The notes under the pieces were generated by a model. That model did not search any database, was not told the DNA's origin, and worked only from the letters and a program-made list of their open reading frames with translations. Positions 38,178 through 52,235 of a stretch of 64,000 bases of DNA are shown piece by piece. The stretch lies in contig JAWMAR010000471.1 in the NCBI GenBank assembly GCA_036785375.1, forward strand, positions 1,302,001 to 1,366,000, read 5' to 3'. The position numbers were made by a program, and so were the translations under genes. Source of the stretch: Leucoraja ocellata. Taxonomy: Eukaryota. The number at the start of each line of letters is the position of its first letter. Position 1 is the stretch's first letter.

Positions 38178-40060
38178 GGGTTTGTTTTATGTTTTCCAAG
38201 TAGCATAATATTTGTTTTGCTTAAATTTAGAGACAATTTGTCGACATCAAACAACGGTGTTAATTTGTTTAAGAAGGAACTGCAGATGCTGGAAAATCGA
38301 AGGTAGACAAAAAGGCTGGAGAAACTCAGCGGGTGCAGCAGCATCTATGGGGCGAAGGAAATAGGCAACGTTTCGGGACCCCGAAGAAAGGTTTCAGCCC
38401 GAAACGTTACCAGTCAGCATTTTTGTCTACCACTGTTTTAATTTATTAATTTCTGATGTGATGACTTCCAAAAGCTGCTTCAAATATTCACCGGAACAAA
38501 TTATATTCGTATCATCGGCAAATATAATCAATTTCAGTCTATTTGATACTCTGCATATGTTATTAATGTATATTTTGCAAAGCTTTGGACCTAACACAGA
38601 CCCTTGAGGTACTCCACAAGTTATGTTCATGGAAGTTCAATTATGTTCACCTATAGTATTTCTACACATTGTTGCCTGTTTCTCAAATAGCTTCTCACCC
38701 AATCCAATCTAACCCATCTGATGCCATACCTATCCAGTTTCATGAGTAAAATATCGTGATTTACGGTATCAAATTATTTTTTAAGTCTATGAATATTCCC
38801 ACCGTAAGTTTTTTATTATCTATGCAATTTGTGATTTCCTCGATTAGTTCCATTACTGCCATATATGTTGATCTGTCTGTCCGGAATCCATATTGACTGT
38901 CGACCAAAACTTATGTTTTTCAATGAAATTGTCAAGTCTTTCTGTAAAAAGTTGTTCAAGGATCTTGGAGAATTGGGAGAGTAAAGAAACAGGCCTGTAA
39001 TTTGTGTAATGGTGTCTATGCCCAGTTTTATATAATGGTATGACATGTTATTTTCATTTTAGAAAACATAGAATATAGGGAATAGGTGCAGGAGTAGGCC
39101 TTTCGGCCCTTCGAGCCTGCACCGCTATTCAATATGATCATGGTTGATCATCCAACTCAGTATCCTGTACCATCCTTCTCTCCATACCCCCTGCCCCCTT
39201 TAGCCACAAGGGCCACATCTAACTCCCTCTAAAAGATAGCCAATTAACTGGCCTCAACTACCTTCTTTGGCAGAGAATTCCACAGATTCACCACTCTCTG
39301 CGTGAAAAATGTTTTTCTCATCTCGGTCCTAAAAGACTTCCCCCTTATCCTTAAGCTGTGACCCCTTGTTCTGGACTTCCCCAACATCGGGAAAAATCTT
39401 CCTGCATCTAGCCTGTCCAACCCCTTCAGAATTTTGTTCGGGAATTTACCAGATTGAAAAGACAAGTTACAGGTATGAGTTAATGGTTCTGCGATTTCTT
39501 CAATAACGTTTTGTTTTAAATTATAATCATATCAATATCATTCCAATCAGTAGAGGATTTGTTTTTACATTTTCTTACACAATCTATGATTTATTTTCCT
39601 TCGACTGCTCTTAGGAAGATAGAGCGAGTATTTATATCCCACAGATCAGTATCCGCCCCTTCTTTTGTTTCTCGGTCATTAGTTTTTTCTGCCAAATCTG
39701 GCCCCACATTTACAAAGAATTTGTTAAAACCTTTAACCGCATCATCACTATTATTTATTGTCTTGTCTTCCTCAATAAAATACTCAGGGTAGCCTGTATT
39801 TTTGTATCCATTTCTAATAATACTATTTAGCACGTTCAATAAACCTTTCATATTGTTTTTATTATTCTCAAATATTTTATTATAGTATTTTTTCTTACAT
39901 TTCCTCATAATATTGGTTAATTTATTCTTATATTTTTTCATATCTAGTTTCTGCTTCTGAAGTTCGATATTTTATGAATTGTCTATATAGTGTGTTTCTC
40001 TTTTTTCGGGCATTTTTTAAACCCTTAGTGATCCTTGGACTATTTGTTTGTTTATGTCCA
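38037..40060 (-). mobile_element. AT-rich L2/Crack-clade-like LINE fragment with nested Penelope tail and CR1
   Basis: [27 protein letters not shown] and FNKFFVNVGPDLA on the - strand. Nested inserts at about 38267-38410 and 39061-39436. Clade assignment tentative. Confidence 0.75.
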
Positions 40061-42198
40061 TCAGAATAGAATAGAATGCAATTTATTGTCATTCAAACCT
40101 AGGTTTGAACGAAATATCATTTCTACAGTTTTTTACATTACCAAACAATCCAAGACCCACACTTAACACAGTTTTACATAAACATCCATCACAGTTAGTC
40201 TCCAACATCTCCTCACTGTGATGGAAGGCAAAGTCTTTATCTCTTCCCTTTGTTCCTTCTCCCGTGGTCCAGCAGTCCAACTGCAGTGTCGACGCAAACT
40301 GGGGCTCCGATGTTAAAGCCCCCGGCAGGCGATGGTAAGTCCTGAGGCCGTTTAAGCCACGCCGGGTGATGTTAGGCCCCGGCTCCATGTCCTTAAACCC
40401 ACGATTCCAGCGGGAGAAGTCGCCGTTGCGGAGCTCGGAAAAGCGATCTCCCACCAGGGACCTGCGAGCTCCCGATGTTCCTGTTCACCGGGTCCGAAGT
40501 TGGCCAGCTCCGCGATCTCAGTTCCGCAGGCACTGCAACTGGAGCCCTCAGGTTAGTCCCGGCCGGAGGTCGCCGCCGGCTCCACGATGTTAGGCGCAAC
40601 GACATCCGAGACCCGACAGGGAATAGTTGGGTCCCCGCACAAGGAAGAGATTTAAAACGGCTTCCCCCACAGCCCGCCCCCTTCCCACATATACAGAGCT
40701 AAAAAAATAAATAAAAACGAACTCAAGACATACATTTAACAAGACAAAAATAAAAAAAGACGGACGACTGTAGTCGAGCCGCTGCCGTTAGGCACCGCCA
40801 CTAACACACTATCTTGTTTCACGTGACAGTTTTTGTCCTAAAGTGATTTAAAAATATTTAGAAATCCATCGTATGCTTTGTCGATATGTTCACCCTCATA
40901 TACTATCCTCGACTGGTGTTCCCAGGTTTGAAATAACTATGGTGATAAACAATAAAAAAACATGTAAATGGTCACCCAGTTGTACGGGGTTTTGGTGAGA
41001 CCACACCTGGAGTATTGCGTACAGTTTTGGGTCTCCAAATCTGAGGAAATACATTCTTGCCATGTACAGAGAAGGTTCACCAGACTGATTCCCGGGATGC
41101 CAGGATTTTCATATGAAGAAAGACTGGATAGACTCGGTTTGTATTCGCTAGAATTTAGAAGATTGAGGGAGGGGTGTGGGGGGAGGGGGGGTCTCATAAA
41201 TATATGGAACAGGGCGGAGGTGATGAATCAGGTATAATTAAAACATTTTAAAGGCGTTTTGACAAGTGCTTGGATAGAAACGAAGCTGAGGAATACAGAG
41301 CAATGCGGAAACTTGATTTCATTCATTGGACGATCCGCGGTTCGGCCAATTTGCTGTGCTGAATTCCTCTATAACTATGACTGGAATATACGAACGACCA
41401 ACTATAACCACTGAAATTGATGCCAAATCTGGCGGATTTCAGAGATCCCGAAATATTTTGGGAAGTAGATCCACGAGCGCGCAGGAAAAGGGACTAAAGC
41501 TAAGTTATATAGAATCCAACACAACAGCGTGTTTCGTTATTAAACAGGAGCGCAACAGAATACATGGAAACATGTCAAATATGTGCAGGAGTAGAGGCCA
41601 TTCGGCCCTTCGAGCCTGCACCGCCATTCAATATGATCATGGCTGATCATCCAACTCAGTATCCTGTACCTGCCTTCTCTCCATACCCCCTGATCCCTTT
41701 AGCCACAAGGGCCACATCTACCTCCCTCTTAAATATAGCCAATGAACTGTGGCCTCAACTACCTTCTGTGGTAGAGAAATCCACAGATTGACCACTCTCT
41801 GTGTGAAATATAACAACATAACGCTAGGAGCTTATATTGTGTAAGTACTTCCACGTAATCGATGGGCTTTGAAACTCCATCCAGCCAACAATCTCGTTGG
41901 TAACGATTTAGTGAATTTTCAACTTAAATCAGATGACCCATCCAGTCTATATTGCAAAAAAAAAGTTATGACTTCGATGTGATCCGAAGCAAGCGTCAGC
42001 ACTTTCAACGTATCCAACGCGATTAATTAAAATTGCATGAAAATGACTGCATTAATTTGTTTGTTCAGAACATTGAAAATAACAACAGCGATGTCGCAAG
42101 CTAATTGGCGCTCCAGAGGTTCACGCCAGGTATAACTGCAACCGTGGCCACGCTTGGTTCAGAACCTACACCTGAATAGGTCAACGACGTGACGGAAA

Positions 42199-44869
42199 AT
42201 GCACGCGCCTGGAAACGCTCCGGTGTATGCCATTTATTATACTATTCTCGCGGTGTTTGGTGTTCCAGGTAATGTTGACGGTAGATGAACAGGCGCGCTT
42301 ACAATGTTTCACCTTTCCGCATTGCTTGCTAATCGAGATTTGTCGATTTCTTTTTTTCAGACGTCAGCACCGCTGCTCCCTACTATTTTTCGTTGCGATA
42401 TCTTCGTGAAAAGAATAAATGTAATTGGTCTATTTTCTTCCACAGATGCTGCCGGTCCGGTTGGGTTTGTCTCGTAGTTCAATATTTTTTAGTCAAAACC
42501 AACAGTCTTTCCAGAAACAAGGCATGCAAACGAAACGAGGCATCTTTGGGTGTCCCTTGCTGTGCAGCTGGCAGCAAGGATTTGCTAACCTTGCTGCCAA
42601 CTGCAAATCCCTCGGTTACAGGAATCATTGAAACTAAATGTCTAACTCCCTTTAACCTTTTTTTTTTTGCTGACAGGACACGTGTATCAATGCACGTGGC
42701 CACGTCTCGCTCTTTGCCTGGAGTATTGCGTACAGATTTGGTCTCCTATTCTGAGGAAATACATTCTTGCCATAGAGGGAGTACGGAGAAGATTCACCAG
42801 ACTGATCCCTGGGATGGCAGGGCAGTCATATGAAGAATGACTGGATAGACTCGGCTTGTACTGGCTGGAATTTACTAGATTGAGGGGGGAGGGGGGGGGG
42901 GGGGGTCTTATAGAAACTTACAAAATTCTTAAGGGGTTTGACAGGCTAGATGCAGGAAGATTGTTCCCGACGTTGGGGAAGTCCAGAAAAAGGGTTCACA
43001 GTTTACGGTTAAGGGAGAAGTCTTTTAGTACCGAGATGAAAACAACACGTTTTTTCCCACAGAGAGAGTGGTGAATCTGTGGAACTCTCTGCCACAGAAG
43101 GTAGTTGAGGCCAGATCATTGGCTATATCTAAGAGGGAGTTAGATGCGGCCCCTGTGGCTAAAGGGATCAGGAGGTATGAAGAGAAGGCAGGTACAGCAT
43201 ACTGAGATGGATGATCAGATATGATTATATTGAATGGCGGTACAGGCTCGAAGGGCCGAATGGCCTACTCCTGCTCCTATTTTCTATGTTTCTCTGTTTA
43301 ATGTACCATTGTAAATTTCCCCTTTTGCATAGAGGAGTGTAAAATCTGCGCGTATTGATAACACCATTACCGCTGGATTAGTGTCGTTGGGTGATCCACT
43401 GGTCTTTAGTTTTTGTTTTAGAGCCAGCACGGAAAGATACCCTTCGGCCTACCGAGTCCGCGCCGACCAGCGATCCCGTACACGAGTATTATCCTACAAT
43501 CGCGGGACCCGCCAGGGACAATTTACATATTTTACTGAAGGCTATTAACCTACACACCTGTACGTTTTGCAATGTGGGAGGAAACTTGAGCACACAGAGA
43601 GACCCCGCGCGGTCACGGGGCGAATGAACAAACTCCGTACGCACAGCACGCGTAGTCAGGATTGAACCCCGGTGTCTGGCGCGGCAAGGCAGCTACTTTA
43701 CCGCTGCGCCACCCGGACGTTGGCGCATGAGGATTCGTTGGACCAAAGACCCCGTTTGCACGATCCATATATCTCTCTAATTTAACAGGTGATCGCGACG
43801 TGTTTGGGAGAACCGTGCTTATGTGCGGAAAAGTGTCCATCGATAAAACGATCGGTCTAAATTGCTGAACTAATTGTCAAAAACACGAGTCGTATTTACC
43901 ATAAATAACTTAATCAGTAGCCCGATTAATAATTGCTCCAATCTCTAACTCTTCCCCAACAGCGAACTTGGTGACCATTCTGATTCTTTCCCAAGGAAGA
44001 TGTGGCCTCTCGAAGTGCATCACTCGCTACCTGGTATTCATGGCGGCGACGGATTTCCTGGCCATCATCACCGCTGTGATATTGAGCCGGCTTCGGCCCA
44101 TTTACCTCCCGGTCAGTTTCCTGTCCACTCTCCCGTACTGCAATCTCGTCATCGCCTTCAGTTGGGTTTCCAAGGATTCTTCCGCCTGGCTAACAGTCGC
44201 CTTCACCTTCGATCGGTTCGTCGCCATTTGCTGCCAAAAGCTGAAACTGAGGTATTGCACCGAGAAAATTGCGGCCGCCGTGATTGGAACAATTTGTGTG
44301 CTGGTCTGTTTCAAGAATATCCCATTTTATTTTGAATATAAACCCAAGTACGTCATTAATAAAGTCCCATGGTACTGCACAATTAAAGAAGTCTATTATA
44401 CTTCTGTGTCGTGGAGATTCTACGAATGGTTGCATCGTATGCTCAACCCGTGTGTGCCGTTCATTCTCATTCTCATGTTCAACATCGCGACCATCAGGTT
44501 CATTCTAGCGGCCAGCAGAGCCCGCAAGAGCTCCGAGCCCAGAGCAATGGCGATAAGCAGAATGACCCGGAGATGGAAAGCAGAAGGAAGTCGATCATTT
44601 TACTTTTGGCAATCTCGAGTACTTTTATCTTGTTGCGAATTACATACATCGCCAATTTTCTGTTTGTACAATTCACACCCAACGACTATGCGAACGCTTC
44701 CAATGCAAATGACCCAAGGTTTATCCTTCAAGAAAGCGGATACATGCTGGAAATCCTCAGCTCCTGCACCAACTCGTGTATCTATGCAGGCACTCAGACT
44801 AAATTCCGAGAGCAGTTGAAGGGAGCGGTAAAGTATCCCTTCAATACGGTCAGAAAGTGGTTCAAATAG
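42199..44869 (+). pseudogene. GPR139-like copy 5 with a single 1-nt frameshift (exon 1 42199-42268; exon 2 43963-44869)
   Basis: Exon 1 MHAPGNAPVYAIYYTILAVFGVP + G|GTAATG. Acceptor CCCCAACAG|CG AAC TTG. CGCAAGAG-CTC at 44530 lacks one G versus CGCAAGAGGCTC in paralogues. Otherwise open, so it may be intact in vivo. Confidence 0.75.
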
Positions 44870-45049
44870 TGGAATGATCCAAATGTGTGTCTTGCATTCA
44901 ATAATTATGCTTTGAAACGAGAAAAATTAGAGTCCATTAAATTAGGTGCATTTGTGAATTACAAGTAATTGTCAGGTATTTTTATTAATGTAAACATCTT
45001 CTAATTATTTGCTATAACCTTAACGTCATTTTTTGGTGTGATTAGGGAT

Positions 45050-47858
45050 AGGGAGGGAATGTCTGAAGAAGGGTCTCGACCTATTCATTTTCTCTTTAGA
45101 TGCTGCCTGTGCCGCTAAGTTACTCCAGCTTTGTGCGTCCAACATCAATGTTTGTCTGTTTTATTCAAGTTGTGCAGTACATAATTGTGAAATAAAACTC
45201 AAACACTTTCTACTTGCATTTGCTTGCTTCGAAAATACTGAAGGAAATATGATCTGGGCAGTAGGTTGTCGTTCATCGCGAATTGGCAATTGTTCAATGG
45301 TACTTTATGGCCACGTATACCGAGATATAGTGACATTTGAATTGCTACAATCATACAAAAAAAGATACACATCCACCTTAAGATTAAAGATTGACTTAAA
45401 CAGCCACCACATATGGGCGAACATAGAAACATAGAAATATAGAAAATAGGTGCAGGATTAGGCCATTCGGCCCTTCGAGCGTGCACCGCCATTCAATATG
45501 ATCATGGCTGATCATCCAACCCAGTATCCCATCCCTGCCTTCTTTCCGTACCTCCTGATCCCTTTAGTCACAAGGGCCACATCTAACTCCTTCTTAAATA
45601 TAGCCAATGAACTGGCCTCAACTACCTTCTGTGGCAGAGAATTCCACAGATTCACCACTCTCTGTGTGAACATTTGTTTTCTCGTCTCGATCCTAAAAGA
45701 TTTCCCCCTTCATCTTTAAACTGTGACCTCTTGTTCTGGACTTCCCCAACATCGGGAACAATCTTCCTGCATCTAGCCTGTCCAACCACTTCAGGATTTT
45801 GTACGTTTCTATAAGATCCCCCCTCAATCTTCTTAGTTCTAGCGAGCACAAGCCGAGTCTATCCAGTCTTTCTTCATATAACAGTCCTGCCATCCCAGGA
45901 GTCAGTCCGGTGAACCTTCTCTGTACTCCTTCTATGGCAAGAATGTCCTTCCTCAGATCAGATTCCCAAAACTGTGAGCAATACTCCAGGTGTAGTCACA
46001 CCAAGACCCTGTACAACTGCTAGGGAGAGAATGTCTGAAGAACCGTCTCGACCTATTCCATTTCTCTTTAGATGCTGCCTGTGCCGCTAAGTTACTCCAG
46101 CTTTGTGCGTCCAACATCAATGTTTGTCTGTTTTATTCAAGTTGTGCAGTACATAATTTTGAAATAAAACTCTAACACCTTTTACGTGCATTTGCTTGCT
46201 TCGAAAATACTGAAGGAAATATGATCTGGGCAGTAGGTTGTCGTTCATCGCGAATTGTCAATTGTTCAATGGTACTCTATAGCCACGTATACCGAGATAT
46301 AGTGACATTTGAATTGCTACAATCACACACAAAAAGCAAAAAGATACACATCTACCTTAAGATTAAACATAGACTCAAACAGCCGCCACATATGGGCGAA
46401 CATAGAAACATAGAAACATAGAAAATAGGTGCAGGAGTAGGCCATTCGGCCCTTCGAGTGTGCACCGCCATTCAATATGATCATGGCTGATCATCCTCCT
46501 CAGTATCCTGTACCTGCCTTCTCTCCATACCCCCTGATCCATTTAGTCACAAGGGCCACATCTAACTCCTTCTTAAATATAGCCAATGAACTGGCCTCAA
46601 CTACCTTCTGTGGCAGAGAATTCCACAGATTCACCACTCTCTGTGTGAACATTTTTTTTCTCATCTCGGTCCTAAAAGATTTCCCCTTCATCCTTAAACT
46701 GTGACCTCTTGTTCTGGACTTCCCTAACATCGGGAACAATCTTCCTGCATCTAGCCTGTCCAACCCCTTCAGAATTTTGTAAGTTTCTATAAGATCCCCC
46801 CTCAATCTTCTTAGTTCTAGCGAGCACAAGCCGAGTCTATCCAATCTTTCTTCATATGACAGCCCTGCCATCCCAGGAATCAGTCCGGTGAACCTTCTCT
46901 GTACTGCTTCTATGGCAAGAATGTCCTTCCTCATATCAGTTCCCCCAAAACTGTGAGCAATACTCCAGGTGTAGTCACACCAAGACCCTGTACAACTGCT
47001 AGGGAGAGAAGGTCTGAAGAACCGTGTCGACCTATTCCTTTTCTCTTTAGATGCTGCCTGTGCCGCTAAGTTACTCCAGCTTTGTGCGTCCAACATCAAT
47101 GTTTGTCTGTTTTATTCAAGTTGTGCAGTACATAATTGTGAAATAAAACTCTAACACCTTCTACTTGCATTTGCTTGCTTCGAAAATACTGAAGGAAATA
47201 TGATCTGGGCAGTAAGTTGTCGTTCATCGCGAATTGTCAATTGTTCAATGGTACTTTATGGCCACGTATAGCGAGATATAGTGACATTTGAATTGCTACA
47301 ATCACACAAAAAAAGCAAAAAGATACACATCTCCCTTAAGATTAAACATAGACTCAAACAGCCGCCACATATGGGCGAACATAGAATCATAGAAACATAG
47401 AAAATAGGTGCAGGAGTAGGCCATTCGACCCTTCGAGCCTGCACCGCCATTCAATATGATCATGGCTGATCATCCAACTCAGTATCCTGTACCTGCCTTA
47501 TCTCCACACCGCTTGATCGCTTCAGCCACAAGGGCCACCTCTAACTCCCACTTAAATATAGCCAATGAACTGGCCTCAACTACCTTCTGTGGCAGAGAGT
47601 TCCAGAGATTCACCACTCTCTGTGTGAAGAATGTTTTTCTCGTCTCGGTCCTAAAGGGTTTCCCCTTCATCCTTAAACTGTGACCCCTTGTCCTGGACTT
47701 CCCCAACATCGGGAACAATCTTCCTGCATCTAGCCTGTCCAAACCCTTAAGAATTTTGCAAGTTTCTATAAGATCCCCCCTCAATCTTCTAAATTCTAGC
47801 CGAGTACAAGCCGAGTCTATCCAGTCTTTCTTCATATGGAAGTCCTGACATCCCAGGA
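45050..47858. repeat. Tandem triplication of ~1-kb unit (Penelope-tail fragment + unique DNA + CR1 3' end)
   Basis: Units start at about 45050, 46021 and 46999 with TAGGGAG..GTCTGAAGAA and share the internal unique sequence. Confidence 0.9.
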
Positions 47859-47963
47859 CGTGTTGTGAGTTACTGCTAAAGACCGCGATGTGTCTTTGAA
47901 ATCGTAAGCCTTTAATTGCATATCGCAATTAAAGTCGGCAGAGAGGAAGACTACGCTGTCGCG

Positions 47964-48466
47964 AAGTCAAGTCAAGTCAAGTCAAGTTTATTTGTCACAT
48001 ACACATACGAGATGTGCAGTGAAATGAAAGTGGCAATGCTCGCGGACTTTTGTGCAAAAGACAAACAACAAAACAACCAAACAAATTATAAACACAATCA
48101 TAACACACATATTCTTTCACATAATAAATAATGGAAGGAAAAACGTTCTGTAGAGTTAATCCCTGGTGAGATAGGCGTTTACAGTCCGAATTGCCTCTGG
48201 GAAGAAACTCCTTCTCAACCTCTCCGTCCTCACCGCATGGCAACGGAGGCGTTTGCCTGACCGTAGCAGCTGGAACAATCCGTTGCAGGGGTGGAAGGGG
48301 TCTCCCATGATTTTATTTGCTCTGGAGTTGCACCTCCTGTTGTATAGTTCCTGCAGGGGGGCGAGTGAAGTTCCCATAGTGCGTTCGGCCGAACGCACTA
48401 CTCTCTGCAGAGCCTTCTTGTCCTTGGCAGAGCAATTCCCAAACCAGATGGTAATGTTCCCGGACA
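47964..48466 (-). mobile_element. Rex1/Babar-like LINE 3' end
   Basis: ITIWFGNCS...LQRVVRSAE...DPFHP..LFQLLRSGKRLR...SFFPEAIR with an (AAGTC)n tail. A related fragment with a (TTCAAG)n tail lies at about 49177-49750. Confidence 0.8.
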
Positions 48467-48724
48467 TTAAACTTTATGGTCACGTGTGTTTCAATGTAGC
48501 CGGCGGTTCGGAGTTGAACCACCAGCGAGATGAGTCGGTTAGTTAGTGGGTCATTCAATTCCGCGCCTGCGCCTGACTGCATTGAGGTTCGGATCCACTG
48601 CATTGAGGATCCGATCCGCTGCATTTCGGCTATTGACATCGAGGGGAACTCAGCTGAAGCGCGTCGGACAGCCGTTCGCACACGGTGCAATTCAGACCCG
48701 GAAAAAATCGCTGGCAGTTTAATA

Positions 48725-48764
48725 ATGACTCGTTTTGGTCTGCTCCACGTCATCTTATTAATAG
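48725..48764 (+). other. Candidate V leader exon (MTRFGLLHVILLI-G)
   Basis: 40-nt ATG-initiated hydrophobic exon ending G|GTAAAT, same length and phase as the V1/V3 leaders. In frame with the V2 exon acceptor at 51110. Confidence 0.45.
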
Positions 48765-49835
48765 GTAAATTAATACTTGCGTTCCTTTTTATTAATTGTA
48801 GATTTCGACTACGAGCGTTCACGTTCCCAAAGTCCCTCGTTATTTTGTTGGTTGCCAGTGACGAGAGGAGTTCCGCAGGGGGTCGGTGCTAGAGCCGCTA
48901 CTCCTCGGGTTGTGTATTAATGATTTGGGCGAGGGGATTGAAGGATTTGTGGCCACGTTTGCGGAAGATAGGAAAATAGGTAGAGGGGCAGGTGGAGTAG
49001 AGAAAGCAGGGATATTGCAGAAAGACACGGACAGGCTGAGAGAGTGGTCAGAGAAGTGGCAGATGGAATATTGTGTAGCAAAATGCGTAGTCATGCATTT
49101 TGATTGTAGGAATAAAGGCGAGGTCTATTTCCTAAATGGGGAGAGAACCTAGAATTCGGAGGTGCAAATGGTGCAGTTCAAGTTCAAGTTCAAGTTCAAG
49201 TGAGTTTATTGTCATGTGTCCCTGTATAGGACAATGAAATTCTTGCTTTGCTTAAGCACACAGAAAATAGTAAGCATTTACTACAAAACAGATCAGTGTG
49301 TCCATATACCATGATATAAATATTTACACACATGAATAAATAAACTGGTAAAGTGGAAATAACAGAAAGTGGTTGTTAATAATCAGAGTTTTGTCCGAGC
49401 CAGGTTTAATAGCCTGATGGCTGAGGGGAAGTAGCTATTCCTGAATTCCTGAATTCCAGATCAGCCTGAAGAAGGGTTTCGGCCCGAAACGTCGCCTATT
49501 TCCTTCGCTCCATAGATGCTGCTGCACCCGCCGAGTTTCCCCAGCAATTCTGTGTACATTTTAGCTATTCCTGAACCTGGTTGTTGCAGTCTTCAGGCTC
49601 CTGTACCTTCTACCTGAAGGTATCAGGGAGATGGGTGTGTGGTCAGGATGGTGTGTGTCTTTGATGATACTGCCAGCCTTTTTGAGGCAGCGACTGCGAT
49701 AAATCTCCTCGATGGAAGGAAGATCGGAGCCGATGATGGACTGGGCAGTGTAGCAGGATTCCCAAAAGGTTTAATCTGCCAGTTGAATTGGTAGTAACGA
49801 AGCAATGCTAGCATTTATGTCAAGAGCGCTAGAAT

Positions 49836-50985
49836 AGAGGGAGTGCAGAGAAGGTTCACCAGACTGATTCCTGTGATGTCAGGACTGTCTTATGAAGAAA
49901 GACTGGATAGACTTGGTTTATACTCTCTAGAATTTAGGAGATTGAGAGGGGATCTTATAGAAACTTACAAAATTCTTAAGGGGTTGGACAGGCTAGATGC
50001 AGGAAGATTGCTCCCGATGTTGGGGAAGTCCAGGACAAGGGGTCACAGCTTAAGGATAAGGGGGAAATCCTTTAAAACCGAGATGAGAAGAACTTTTTTC
50101 ACACAGAGAGTGGCGAATCTCTGGAACTCTCTGCCGCAGAGGGTAGTCGAGGCCAGTTCATTGGCTATATTTAAGATGGAGTTAGATGTGGCCCTTGTGG
50201 CTAAGGGGATCAGAGGGTATGAAGAGAAGGCAGGTATGGGATACTGAGTTGGATGATCAGCCATGATCATATTGAATGGCGGTGCAGGCTCGAAGGGCCG
50301 AATGGCCTCTACTCCTGCACCTAATTTCTATGTTTCTAATAGTGTATAGAAGTTGGGAGGTCATGTTACAGTTCTATAATACGTTTGCGAGACCACGTTT
50401 AGAATATTGTGTTCACTTCTGGGCACCGTGTTATGGGAAATATATTGTGAAGCTTGAAATGGTTCAGAAAAGATTTACGAGGATGTTGCCAGGACTAGAG
50501 GGTGTGAGCTACAGGGAGAGGTTGAGTAGGCTGGGTCTCTATTCCATGGAGCGTAAGAGGGTGAGGGGTTTTACAGAAGTATACAAAATCATAAGACGAA
50601 TAGATCGGGTAGTTGCACAGAATTTTTACACAGAGTAGGGTAGTCGAGGACCAGAGGACATAGGTTCAAGGTGAAGGGGACAGGATTTAATAGAATCAGA
50701 GGGGTAACTTTTTCACACATAGGGTGGTAGGTATATGAAACAAGCAAGCTGCCAGGTGAGGTAGTTAAGACTGGGATGGTTAAGAAACATTTGGACAGGT
50801 ACATTGGACCAATTAAATGGTTAAGAAACAGTTGGACAGGTACATTGACAGGACAGGTTTGGAGGGATATGGACCAAGCGCTGTCAAGTGGGGCGTAGAT
50901 AGCAGATACATTGTTGGCCAGTATAGGCGAGTTCGGCCGAAGGGCCTGTTTCCACACTGTGTTACTCTATGACTATGACTTTCCA
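49836..50985 (+). mobile_element. Two CR1 subfamily 3' fragments
   Basis: RT C-termini with TTTCTATG and CTATGA tails. Confidence 0.85.
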
Positions 50986-51109
50986 TGACTCCATCCCCTC
51001 AATACCGATGGACATATTATTGGTAGATTAGGGTATACTTTTCTGCTGCTGGTGTGAGCTTTGTCGACGAGGAATTGGATTAAGAGATGAATTTAATTAT
51101 TCCCTCCAG

Positions 51110-51414
51110 GTATAATTGAAGGGAATTCCGTTCATCAGCGTGACCGCGAAATGGTGGCGATTGAAGGAGACCACCCTGAGTTCAATTGCTATTACAACAC
51201 TAGTTATGATTACCCGGAGATGTATTGGTACCGCCAGCACCGGATCCAGGCACCTCAGATGATCCTGCATCTGGATAACACGAAGCCAAGGGATGCGGAT
51301 TTTGTGACGGGACGCTTCAGCGGACGCCTTTTCCAAACTCATGACGTCTTCCAATTGGTGATTTCTGATGCAGAGGTCGAAGATAGCGCCACTTATATCT
51401 GTGCGTTGCGTATA
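51110..51414 (+). CDS. TCR alpha/delta V segment V2 exon (different family; leader uncertain)
   Basis: Acceptor TCCCTCCAG. IIEGNSVHQ...FNCYY...MYWYRQ...PQMILH...GRFSG...FQLVISDAEVEDSATYICALR is open. The nearest leader-like exon (51008-51053) has an in-frame TAG at 51029-51031. Confidence 0.85.
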
Positions 51415-51452
51415 CACGGCGTTACAAAACTCCCCGACACTGTACAAAAACC
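51415..51452 (+). other. RSS of V2 (22-bp spacer, variant heptamer)
   Basis: CACGGCG + 22 nt + ACAAAAACC. Confidence 0.85.
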
Positions 51453-51515
51453 TCACCGTCATCATAAACCACAAACAAGAGCTCACCAACACCTGGCCAC
51501 CAACATTACCTGCGT

Positions 51516-52235
51516 GTCATGGTACACCAGCCATTGAAAGTAGGCAAGCAGGTGCAGCAGGCAGTGAAGAAAGCGAACGGTATGTTAACATTCATAGCAA
51601 AAGGATTTGAGTATAGGAGCAGGGCGGTTCTACTGCAGTTGTACAGGGTCTTGGTGAAACCAACCCTGGAGTATTGCGTACAGTTTTGGTCTCCTAATCT
51701 GAGGAAATACATTCTTGCCATATAGGGAGTACAGAGAAGGTTCACCAGACTGATTCCTGGGATGTCAGGACTTTCATATGAAGAAAGACTGGATAGACTC
51801 GGCTTGTACTCGCTAGATTTTAGAGGATTGAGGGGGGATCTTATAGAAACTTACAAAATTCTTAAGGGGTTTGACAGGCTAGATGCAGGAAGATTATTCC
51901 CGATGTTGGGGAAGTCAAGAACAAGGGGTCACAGTTTAAGGATAAGGGGGAAGTATTTTAGGACCGAGATGAGAAAATCATTTTTTTCACAGAGAGTGGT
52001 GAATCTGTGGAATTCTCTGCCACAGAATGTTGTTGAGGCCACAGATCATTGGCTGTATTTAAGAGGGAGTTAGATGTGGCCCTTGTGGCTAAAGAGATCA
52101 GGAGAGTATGGAGAGAAGACAGGTACAGGATACTGAGTTGGATGATCAGCCATGATCATATTGAATGGTGGTGCAGGCTCGAAGGGCCGAATGGCCAACT
52201 CCTTCACCTATTTTCTATGTGTCTATGTTTCTATG
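51516..52235 (+). mobile_element. CR1 fragment just 3' of V2 RSS
   Basis: RT C-terminus and tail. Confidence 0.88.
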
